Shown one piece after another: positions 36,983 through 48,889 of a stretch of 64,000 nt of DNA. Source of the DNA: Chlorokybus atmophyticus. Taxonomy: Eukaryota > Plantae > Mesostigma and Chlorokybus algae. The position numbers were made by a program, and so were the translations under genes. The DNA lies in assembly GCA_009103225.1 (NCBI GenBank), contig RHPI01002907.1:15283-79282 (forward strand). The letters run 5' to 3'. A model generated the notes under the pieces. That model had not been told where the DNA came from, searched no databases, and saw only the letters and a program-made list of their open reading frames with translations. Every line of letters begins with the position of its first letter. Position 1 is the first letter of the stretch.

Positions 36983-39900
36983 CTATGAAACTGTTCTACC
37001 ATAACAGACATGTGCAATGTACAGATTCTTCGCCCACTTTTCCTGCAACAAGCCACATGCGAGAGTAAGTCACCAAAGGGGAAACAACACGTACTTGCAC
37101 AGATGTAACTAGGGCCATATGATTACCTTGACATGTGTGCTGGGAAATGCTGATGTCCGCAGTGTTTCCTGTGTTTCATCAACTGGTCTTCGTCGTGGCA
37201 CACTCAAAACAAACGCAGCCTGGTCCCATGTCGCGGCAGCTGCTGTAATCCGGTATCCGGCATCCCAGCGGCGATGAATGCCCTCACTGGGATACAGGAA
37301 GTCGAGCTCCACCACCTGTGCGCAGGCTCACATGAGTCCCAAAAAATTGACGTGTGTATGCAATGCAATCGCTTAAAGATGGCACACCTGATCGACAAAG
37401 CCTGCGTTCCGTGACATGACAACACCCCAGCGACTGCCGGATGTGGCCATGGCCGTCACATAGAAGCCTTCACTCCACTTCTTGTTGATCCACTTGAACG
37501 GGAAGGAATCGCTGACCTTGTATGACTGCTGGGTGTAGCAGGTACCTGGTCAACGGACAGTTTTAATCAGCTGGACTCGTCCCCTGTGTGGTGATTGATG
37601 TACCGTCAAACAGCCCACATACCTTTGGACATGACAACAAGGGAGCTACCATTCGCAGCACCAGCAAGCGCACTGATGTAGTACCCCTCTTCCCATTGCT
37701 CCATGATCCAGTCCTGCACAGGTGTTTAAAGATCAATAGCAAACCCACCTGCAGGTGGGGTGATTACTCTGCAACATTGCCAGCAACGTACCTTTGGCAA
37801 GAACACACTAGACAGCTCGTAATTCTGGGCAAGGAACCCGGTCCCTGCATCCATGATGAGCGCCCACAAGTTTTGGCAGGAAGCTACACTGCTGATAAAT
37901 AAGCCATCTTCGTTGCCTTTCTCGACATGTTGCTCCACGCGAAAGTCGGCAACATTGTAATGATATCTGCAAGGCAACACACAGTTAAAGCCGGTAGTGT
38001 TTTGAGGCGCAAGCTGAAACTTAGAGAGTAAGACAGATCAGGAACTTGCCTCTGCTTCATTGGTCTTCTTGCATTGTACACAGTTATCCACTGCGTGGCT
38101 GGCATGCCAATGCGAGTCTTCTTCTTGGGTTGGGCATCATCCTCTGCCGGCTCCTCCAACGCATTTCTGCCACGCTTCTGGCCCACCTGTATGGCAGCAT
38201 ATGCGACGGGTCAAAGCACAGTCCGTAAAACATAGGACTTATCAACCAGCTCTCATACCTTAAAGTCCGTGTTAATGGGTCGCAAGAGTGCATTTGCATT
38301 GCATAGAGGCTCAAACAATGTAAGCAGGAAGCCATATCTGGGTTCCTCATCGAATTTGAAATTCACAACATGCTCCAGGAAAAGGCGAAACGGGGCGGGA
38401 CAGAATCGGCAAAGCATCTCAGGTGATGTTGCCATCTTCTTCTTGCACACGAGGAAGCCCTTGTTGTCGCCCTGGTATGCAGCAGTAAGTGACTGCTCAT
38501 GCAGTATGCACTCCAGCACTGTACACAAGCAGTCAGACATACCTGATAGCCTTGCCAAGGTAACCTGCCCTTCAACAAAAACACCAGTGTGTATGCTAGG
38601 GACTCAAGATCGTCTCGTCGGCTGCCTGTCCGTCCCAGATGAGCATGCACACTTGCGTAACGCACAGTGCCCCTGAAAGCACACGCACACAATTAATATG
38701 GCTGGGGCACAGAATAGCAGGTGTCAGCTCGACCCTGGCACAAGCCAATACCTGAACATATCTGGTCGCTGATCATACTCTACATGTTGGCCTGTCGTGG
38801 CATCGGTCCACCTTGTAGCTGAAGGACATAGCAAACACTCAACAAAAGCCCAATGGACGCATGGCAGTGCCATACCAAACGTATAGACAGTGACATACCA
38901 AGTCCAAGATCCACAAGAAACAGCTTCTTCTCATCCGGTGTGCCTTTCGGGCCAAGCAGGAAGTTCTCCGGCTTGATGTCACCATGGACATATCTGCAGA
39001 ACATCATATAACTGGCTGCAGCACATGCATGCAATCCATGTCATCAACCAGGCAGTTGTCGTACCCTCGAGCATGCATTTTCTCCAAAATCGTCAGGGCT
39101 TCTGCAGCAATGCACGCAACCATCTCCGTTGACATCCTGCGCAGATTTAGAATGTCAGCCCTAGACAAGAACTGTGCAGGCAACTGAACATGTACTGCTT
39201 TGCAAAGTACCAAGCACCCTATGACGACCCTACCAGAAGATCATGGCTTGGCAACACTGATGTACAACTGCGACCAAAGGCCAGCTTGCCAACAACCGCA
39301 AGCAAAGGAGGAATGCAAAGTGCAACTTACGATTGTCCTGCTTCATTCCAGGCATCCCATAAACTCGGGCCCAGCATGTCCATAACCTGCAATGGCAGGT
39401 GGTTGAAAAAGACTCAAGGTGCAGCTTACTGAGAGTCCTAAACAAACTGCAAATAGATTTCTTGTCTTGCAACCAAGATCAGTGCGGCAGTGGGAAATGC
39501 AACATAAGTTAACTTACCATGACATAGTACTCGCCCTGCCGACCCTTGTAATGAACCTTGGGCACACCATAGCTCCCACCAAGGGCGCTGCACACAACGC
39601 ATGTTACTATGACATGCAGTTGAGCTTTACAAATGACCGCATACTGGCAGTTTTCAGAATAGCGCCAATATCAAGCATCCCCCAACCACGCTGCAAAGCA
39701 GATGGAACACCCTACAGGAAGCCTTACTTGTAAACAGACCACTCGTACGGCGGTCCATAATTGCAGCCTTTACTGCTCCTGTGTTCAAATTTCAAAGCGA
39801 CCTGTACCCAAGGCCTGGTGAGATCCGGGGAGCGCAACGGCAAAGCATTACTCACGGCTGGGCAGATGCGCTGACAAACCTGCTGTCCGTTTGGACCGGG

Positions 39901-40678
39901 GCCAGGAACACCACCAGAGACGCGCTTGCCGACGTATACTTGACCAAAACCGCCCTTGCCGAGCTTCTTATCAATAATATACACAGGAGAACCCCCTACT
40001 TGCACCTGGCAGCCGACAGCTCGCAGGTTAGCAACCACTCCAACTAAGCATGTCGCTGACACGTAGCTGCCAGTCTACATGCTGATCAGCTAAACGCAGC
40101 CAGTGGCCATCCATAGTGCAAGACTCCAACCCTAACATGTCGACGACATGACAGCATTGAGGCGTGGTCAAGTGGGCTCTTACCCTCTCTGGCAGCGGTG
40201 CTGTACTAGCCTCTTCTTCTGCCGCCGGTTTTTCACCAGACCTCTTTTCGCTCTCTTCCATTTCCTCCGGCTCCGGATCCTCAGTGTCGTCCAACCGATC
40301 GTCCTCCTGGGCTTCTACGTCGTCCCAAGCCTCGTCGTCCTGCTCGTCGTCCTCAGCTTGGCCTGCTGAAGCTGGCTGGCCAGCTGCTGCGGCCCTGCCT
40401 CGATCGCCACCCGCTGCGCGTCCTCTGCGTGGTGTTTGCTGCGGCGGTTGCTGTCGCTGTTGTTGCTGCTGCTGCTGCTGCTGACGCTGGCGCCGCGTTT
40501 GCGGCCCGGCCTGCTGCTCTAGCTGCGGCTGCGGCTGCGGCTGCTGCCGCCCACGGCCCCTACCAGCCGGAGAGCGCTGCTGCCGTCCTGCTGCTACCCC
40601 AACCTCCCTGAACCCTCTCGCCTTAGCTGCTGCCGCCGCTTGTCTTGTTTGTCGAGCTCCGCTGCGCAGCTCCGGCAT
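36983..40678 (-). CDS. MLK: MUT9-like / plant-specific casein kinase 1 family kinase (MLK/PPK/EL1-like)
   Basis: N-terminus [10 protein letters not shown] with Q-rich and acidic linker. Kinase motifs [60 protein letters not shown]-terminal domain [20 protein letters not shown]...[17 protein letters not shown]...[19 protein letters not shown]. Confidence 0.96.
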
Positions 40679-42955
40679 GATCCTCCCCCATACGCCCGCG
40701 TGTTACTGCGGCGACGATTTTCACGACACCGCCGCCCATGCGCCTTAACACATACCGCTCCCACTCACCTCCACCGCCGCCCACACCGCCTCCGCCGCCA
40801 CCTACCTGCTCGCTCACCCCAAGGATACCGTCAGCAGCGTTGCAATGCGTAAGCGTGTGTGTGGGCAAAACCGATGCCCGCCCGCGTAAGTTAGCTTGGC
40901 AGCAGCGCCGCGCGCTCCTGGAACCACTGGCCTTCTTGACAGAGCCTTCCGCCGTTAAAGTGCGATGCCTGCTGAAGAAAGCGTCTCACCGTAGTGAAAT
41001 CTCTCGCAAAAACCCGCGCTTTCGACGCGGCGGCTGACGCCTGCGAGGGGACCCCTGTGCATTCACGTTTTCAAAAGCAAAGCAAAAGATCTAGGAATGT
41101 GGAGGGAAAGGTGTTCTCTTCCTGCCTACTCTGCTGCCTCGTGCAAGCGTGCTCAGGTGGTCGGTACGACATGAGTCGTTTGACATGACTCGTGTCATTG
41201 CATGACATGGCACTCCTTGCTTACAGGCAAGCATCACGTCTGGTTGGGATGGCGTTTCGCTGTAAGCATATTGCTTTTGAGTTGGGACTCTACTACCAAT
41301 TAGCAGATGATGAGTGATGAGAGTATTGCTGACCATAGGAAAGATTGCCAATGGCAATGCCCATCCACGCTAGGTGTGAACATGGGTATGGGGATCCACG
41401 AACCAAGAACATATGTAGGAACGGTAATGTTTAACACAACTAGAATATGCGACGCAAATATATTAATATTTAAGCTGCACAGTAACTTTGTCGATTGTGT
41501 CCATACATATTTGTAAGCTTAAACTTGATATAATTACGTTGTTTAAGCACAAAACCGTTATTATACATACTATAAGGTTAGAACATCTTGCAATACTAGC
41601 TGACATTCAAATTTATGAAGCGTTGAAAACAATAGCATATAGATGCTCATGTTGTGTCTAACAATGCATATAACATTCATACAATAAACATAAACATAAT
41701 GCCAGTAAACTTATAGCATGTTAGCTGTGGAATGCAGCATGTGAACAGCTTGTTTTACTGTATTGTTGAGTAAAATGACCAAACCGATGATGTTGCGATG
41801 CATGATCATTACAACACATAGAACAAGTTGCATCAACTTTAAAGCGTGAAATTAATAAGTGTTTACGACTTTTTTTCGTACAACGTCATCATAATCATTT
41901 GTAATTGCATGTGTTACCAAACATCGTATACGACATCAACATCATCCTTTTTGTGTTAAAAATGGCACATTTATTTAAGAAGCATTGAGTTCTTGCACTG
42001 GTCTGCAACAGCGTCGTTAAAATAACCAGAGCGACATTTGCTTTGATATTGCATTATATGCGGGCAGTCTGTGCATTACATAATAAGATGCTCTGTGGCA
42101 TTGAGAATTACGATACATGTACCTGTGCTAGTGAGTCGTTATTATATTATTGGTCATTACAAATGTATACATTGTACATACGATGTGTCAAATGCTTCAT
42201 ATAAGCAACAATTTTTACGATAACAATCAATCTTTACTTGCATCGAAACAAGGCAATATGCAAGATTCATTCACAAGCATATTATTCCAAATGTAAGGTA
42301 TCATGATGCATGCAAGATGGCTACATTTACAATCACTCCACACGAAGATACAGCTGCATGCGCAATAGACTCGAGGCAGGTAACACATCACTTTGGGCTG
42401 GCGATTACAGCTTCATAATCCACTTATTTAGGACAAGGTACTTGCGTGCAATGCAATGCGATGCAAAGCCGATTGCAAATGGTGCAATGCTTGGCCAAAA
42501 AGGGGACAGGGCAAACAACTTGCAGCAGAAGGGGGCGAAAAAGTTCAAGCCCGCATAAGGAACAGCGGCCGGAGTAATAGTAAAATGTAATACAAGCAAT
42601 TCGGTACAATGTGCGTGGATGCGCTTGCTATGCTATGCTGAATCCCCGCACCCCCATGCATCCCCCGGCCCCCGCCGCCAACCATCCTTTTCACAACCGC
42701 CATACGCACATTGCAGCCTTGTAGGCTAGGGTCAGTCCAGTATTAATGAGTTGTGGCCTTTCAAGGAGGAGCAGCACATCAACCCACATTACAGAGCATT
42801 GCTAGCAGAGCAGCACAGTCACACTGCATCAAAGCACAGACTGACACATATCCCTGCATCCGATATGTTGTACACATGTGCCAATGACTGCATAATATGT
42901 GCATGCGCTCCTGTTCTCTCAGTGATAAAGCACACGACAAGGCATGTGACATCAA

Positions 42956-45900
42956 TTAAACAGCCTTGAACGTTTCTCTAATTTCTGCTCCCGAAGGCCG
43001 CAGGTTTTCACCCGAATAACAAAGCGCCACAATGTCTTCAAGATGCTCGTACTTCTTCATGAATGACGCCTCGCACTCTTTCCACAACAATGATAAGGTG
43101 TGATCATCTCCCGAGCCAAAATGCTTGGCCATTTTCTTGCTCATGGTCATCAAACCCTTCTGTACATTTGACATTGCCGCCGCAGTTGTCTTTCGCATGT
43201 CTTGTTTTGAGTAACCCATCTGAAAGGGGACCTCCTCGGGTGTGATTGTCTGCATCATGCTGTCTAACTTGTCCCCAAACCTGCGTAGCATGAGAGTAAT
43301 AAAACAACTCTTCACACAACCAAGAGTGTCACCACCAACACAGTGCTGGACTCACTCAAATAGCTTCCCGAAGTATTTGTAGATGATCCGCTGGATGTAT
43401 GCCGTGCGAGCAGACTGATACCCGTCACGCGCTGTTTGCAAATACTTTGCAAGGGCCGGCACCTGCGCAAGAAGTTGTGCACAGCAAGTCTAACACCGCT
43501 ACGCATCGTACACCACAGCACTCCATTCGCACTGTGCACTGACTCCAGTTTCATCACCAGCTGTGCGTTGAACCACAATAACAAGCACCAGAGACGTCTT
43601 TGCAATGTGCACAAACTCCGTGCATTGGTTGCAGCATGCACGAGTGAGCCAGTGTCAACCAGACACGCGTTTGAGACAACGGGACTGGAGCAATATAAAC
43701 GGTGTAAATGTGGCGTGCCGCAGCAAGGTCAAAAGAGCGCCAAGTCAACTAGATCAAACCTGAGGGCCGAAGGGACCAACGCCGGCGAGGAAAACACCGT
43801 AGTTCTGAAGCTGCAGCACGCTTGCTCTCTTTGGGTCTGCCGCCGCAGCACGATCCAGACACTGCAATACAAGGCACAACAGTCAACCACTTGGCCAATG
43901 AGCGACCACAAAAACACATGCATGCACGTACGCACGCACGTGCACACACAGAGTGCGTACTGCCATGACAGCATATCTGCAACCGACGGCGTGACAACAT
44001 TCTTTCACCTGGAACAAGGCGCCCGCAAGTTTGTAGTAAGCAGCATCAACAACATCTCGTGGGCGTCCTTCAGCTAGCTCTTCCATGCGTCGGACAAGTC
44101 GACCAAACTTAGCAAAGGCGGGAAGTGTGAGCGAGCCGGAAGCCAACTTCTTCGCAGCTGAGCCGGACGAGGATGAGGATGATAGCGAGCTCCCTGCGGC
44201 TATATTCTTCGCCATGTCATCAATAAACTTGTTGAAGTGGAGTTTGAGCTTCGTCTGGCACTCCGTCAGCACGCCCGTGAGGTACACGTTGTTGGCGTCG
44301 ATGTCGTCCTGCTGCCACGCCTCAGTCTCGCCCAACATGGATATGCACTGCAGCGGGTCAGTTCGCGCAGCGATGTCAAGTAGATAAAAGATATCCTCCT
44401 GCACGCCAGAGAGAAGAGCCTCCACCGCTGAATCAACCTCCCTCTTATTGTTGTTGGTGGTGGTCGTGGTCGTGGTGGTGTTGTTGAGAGTGTTGTTGTC
44501 GGTAGGGAGAAAGGTGAGGAAGAACTTGGCGTCTTTTCTGAGGCACGGCAGAAGGGTGCGGAGGAGAGTCACGTATGCATCGGCGTAGCCATCCGACGAG
44601 CCTGCCCCGGACCCGAAATCGGAACCTCCATCGGAAAATGAGTACTTGCGCTCGTGCCGCCCACCTCCACTCCCACCCGACCTCATCTGCAAGCAACACA
44701 TTGAGAAACACTCACAACCAGGGCAACATACATAACACGAATTCCCGCACGTACGCGAACTGCAGCACATGCTCAAGTGCCTGTACGTGCGCACATGCAC
44801 ACACACGCCCACGCGCTCTCATGCACGCGCACGCGCAGAGGTATGCACCTATGCATGCACGCATGCAGACATCAGTTGGAGAGCAACATGGATGCTTCTT
44901 ACGGAGGCGTTGGAGGCGGTGCCTTTGGCGGTGGCGCGGAGCTCCCCAACGTAATCGCGTGTCTCGCGGCGCAGGAGGGCGTTGACGGAGGCGGCGTAGA
45001 GGCGGCGCAGCGGCGGGAGTGAGGCGGGAGATAGGGGGAGGAGGGCTGACACTAGTGGTGCATATGCCGTCAACCTGCGCACGCACACTCGCGCATATGA
45101 CGATCTTGATGATCATGGCTCGCCAATAGTCGCCACATGGGGTGCGCGCACATGAGGGTAAACACACACACCTGGACACAGACGCACGCGTGCACACACA
45201 TTTACACACAGATGCATAGCGCCTATCTTGTCTCTCTCTCTCTTGCCTTCTTTGCATGTCCAAGTGATCCGGGGGCTTCCCCGGGACCCGTCCTGAACCC
45301 GAACCGGTGTTTGCAAGCATCTCATCTGTGAGGTCTGAGATGAACGCCTTGAGGAACGCCACAGCACGCCTCGCAAACTGGTCCCTGGTTTGTAATGCGT
45401 GCATTGGAGCATACAGCCATGTATATGTACGATAACTCTGTCAAAATACATACCTTAGGTTTTCCAACTCGACTCGCCTCTCACGCACGGCCCGCATGCC
45501 AGCAAGCTTGTCTCCAACCTGTGTGCATATAGTTGAGAGGGCGAGCAAGCTTGTGCGCGCAGGCACATGCACACGTCCGCGAATAACCTCAGAAACACAT
45601 CTAAACACACACATAAACACAATACCATTATCAAATTATACCATCAAACGTAGTAGTACTCTCATACTACGGAAGCCTGCAACAGTCATGTGAGGCATAC
45701 TTGTTGGGGTTCGAGGGCAAGGATGTTGGTGTGAAGAGCTCTGGCGCTTCTAACCACGGAGCTGAGGCGGCGCTCGTCATCAAGGCTGCCTTTGGTGAGG
45801 TCATCCACCATCTGATGGCGGAGTGTCAAGTGATGAATATGCAAACACAACACACCTGAGACACAATCACAGTATTATGTGCTGCAAGTATGGTCTAACC

Positions 45901-48350
45901 GCGTTGGACACAGTGAGGCGCTGCAGCAGCTCCGAGAGCTTGTCGGCAAGCATCCCGCTGTTACGAGCCTGCAGCTCCAGCTTGTTGTTCATCGCCTCGA
46001 TCTGTGAGACAAGCACGCAACCAGGTCACAAAACCTTTCCCTCTTGCATTGCGGGGATTGTCTATGCACGCACATGTGTTATGTACGTACACATGCATCC
46101 ATAGGCAATGTGTACATGAGAAGTAGGCATATGCGCGTGTGTACCCATGCATGTGCATGGGTACTCACTGTGGCGATGTCTTGGCGCATGTGCGTAAGCT
46201 TCACTTGGAACACGGACAGCCACTCTTCAAGGTCTTGAAGCTCTCCAAACGCTGCATCAAAGCCCTCTAAAACCTGCACACATGTTGCTTGGTTGAAAGA
46301 CGGCACAACAACTACTGGCTATGTTGCTTGGCGGCCATGCACGCATGCTCACGTCGTTCACAAGAGGTTGGCTCTCCAGAATGGTGTGCACGTTGGCCGC
46401 AACGAGCGCAGAGAGCTCGCGGCCTAATCGCTCCGTGAACGCCTCTGCTTCACCAATACCCATAGCATACCTGAGATCAAAGACCAACAACTACTACTAA
46501 GGACCAAACTGATGTATGAACACTTCAGCACACATCCACGCAACGCACATGCCCAACAGTGTCTGGAAGTCCTTCTCCTCAGCTGCCGACACCAGTGACT
46601 TGTTGTTGCTGTTGTTGGTATCATCGATGGCGCCCAAGCCGTTGGTGCCATCCATACCCTTGGCTTGGGTGGCGTTGGTGTCTGCACCGCCATCAACAGC
46701 CTGTGCACAAAAGATGTGACTGCCATATGATCGCAAACATTTTCCGCAAAGGTGCACACGCGCACATGCCTTGTACACAAGTGCACGCAGTCACGCACAC
46801 GTGCGCATGCGTATGTGTGTGTCTCTCAAGCAAGCATGCACAAGGTAGACACACGTGCACACACGCGCACACGCATGCATACATGCACTTGTACACACAG
46901 GACCACATGCGTGCGTGCTTCAGTGAAAGCTTGTTGGTACCAACTGACGTGCACATTGGTGTGTACCTTTGTCCAGTTGAGCAGCTTCTGGGCATCAATG
47001 GCAGAAACCACTGGAACTTTGGACAGGTGCTCGCGACAAAGGGCAGCAGTCTGGCCAAGAAAATTGAACCTGCGTTGTTCACTGAACTTGAGTATTAGCA
47101 ACAACAGGATTGAACCCACAGCTGTATGCAGACAGAAGGTGAAATGGACTGTGATGCTTGGACCTGTCGGCTGGAGATTGGGCAATCCACGTGCACACTT
47201 GCGTGTACCTCGCCAACTCAAACACCTGCAAGTGCGAGCCTGTTCAACCACTTGTTCATTCGGTTGGTGCATCCAACAGTTTGACAGCACACATCAACAT
47301 CCAGTGTATGCCTGTGTTGTGTACCAGCACAAAGGAGTTGTCCATGGCCTCACCACCCTGAGCCCCTTCTACCCGCATGAGGTGCTTAAGCTTCCAAGTC
47401 ATCTTGATCTACACAACAATTCCCAATCACTCAGACAGCGGTAACATCCAATCCATTAAGACACACGCGCATGCGCATGCTTGCATGTGTGCATGTGACA
47501 CAAGTGCAACACAAACCTCCATCTGGCCCATCTCCAGGCCCTTCAGCACATGAAGGCGGGTCTTGAACCCTCGCGTGATCTTCGACCGCTCAACTGTACA
47601 CAATCACACTTGTGCAACCGCCAACACAGACAGCACGGAAGAGATACAGAACAACATGCACGTACGTGTGAGGCAGAGCACGCGCGGCTTGACTCCGCGC
47701 GTGGAGAAGGGTGCAGCGCCTCGCTTCTGCACGCGGTCGGCGCTGCCCCACACCTTCTTGATGCTGTGTTTCGCCACCTGTTTGCTTGCGGTGAGTGTCG
47801 CAAGTTGTGTACATGATGAATGTGCGTGAGTCTACACGTGCACATGGCAGGACTTGGGTTTCATTGCGTAAGAGTATGCTTGTAAGCATGTGTGTCTGTG
47901 CTTGCGCATACGCTTTGTGAAAGTGTGGCTCGCGCATAGCAGAGGCATCCAAGTGTCATAGCGGCGATTTGTAAATGCCTTGACTGCATATGCTGCGTGC
48001 TAGCGCATGCGCGTGAGTCCATGCGTGACTGCGTGCTTGCGTGCGTGCATGCCCGCGTTTGCGTGTGTGTCACTTAGTAGTCACATTGTTGCTGTGCATA
48101 CTATGATCCAGCAAGCACAGCTCATCCTCTTTGCCTGCTTCTAGCAACTGCAACTGCACAGCATGCATGTCATTGCCATGATAGCGATGAGATCAAGCTT
48201 GGGCATGCAAATCAGGGTAACGGCAATCTGGCATGAGTACATCAAGGCTCAAAGATTGCAATATCACACTTTCACGGCCATCACGACAGATTCCTCAGTG
48301 CGGGCGAACAGCGCCTCCGCCGCCTTCCTCACGTCCATAGCGAGCGACAT
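42956..48350 (-). CDS. SEC3: Exocyst complex component SEC3 (EXOC1)
   Basis: [97 protein letters not shown]. These are colinear with remembered plant SEC3; stop TAA at 42956-42958. Confidence 0.95.
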
Positions 48351-48889
48351 GGCGCCTACGGCGGTCAGCCCGCAATGCCCTCGGCTACAACTACCGCCAC
48401 CTACGTCACCTGCTTTTACATACGCCCATGCTGCCGCCGCGTTGCATGCTGGCCTGGCCTGCACAGTCACATGGCCGCTTGCCGGCCTGGCCTGATCAGG
48501 CCAAAAGTTGCAACAACCCCAAAGCCAGGCCACAAACCAGTTTCAACTGATCGCGGTTAGAGGGGGTTGTCGACGCGGATCCTATGGTTTAGGTTGCTGA
48601 AACCCGTTGTGAACGCGGTTCGTTCGCGACGCGAAGCACGCTTGCGGAACCGGTTCGCAGTTCACTGCATGCACCTTCCACGTGGCGACGCGTGCGACCA
48701 GCGGCGGCGGCAGCGGCAGTAGGCGGCTGCTGGGGCTGTGGTGGCGTGTAAGCGCCCAAACCTTCTGCTTGTGCGTAGAGAGAGCCAACACATTCAAAGA
48801 AGCTGTCGGCTGTCGTGTGGTAGACGCAGCTGGCATGTCATTGAGGGCTCCGTAGCTGCTGCCTCCGCCTACTGCTGCTGGTAGTCGGC

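Noticed and set aside
33463-40678. Adjacent CK2 alpha and MLK kinases as a functional cluster
   Set aside because: They are unrelated kinase families with no shared regulatory element seen; adjacency is compatible with chance.
40821-40828. GTATCCTT on the MLK sense strand upstream of the ATG (possible U12 5' UTR intron)
   Set aside because: There is no U12 branch site (CCTTAAC) on the same strand downstream; the only such motif nearby is on the opposite strand.
1245-47444. Many ORF-track entries rich in [11 protein letters not shown] or CVCVCV
   Set aside because: They are translations of intronic alternating purine-pyrimidine tracts, not proteins.
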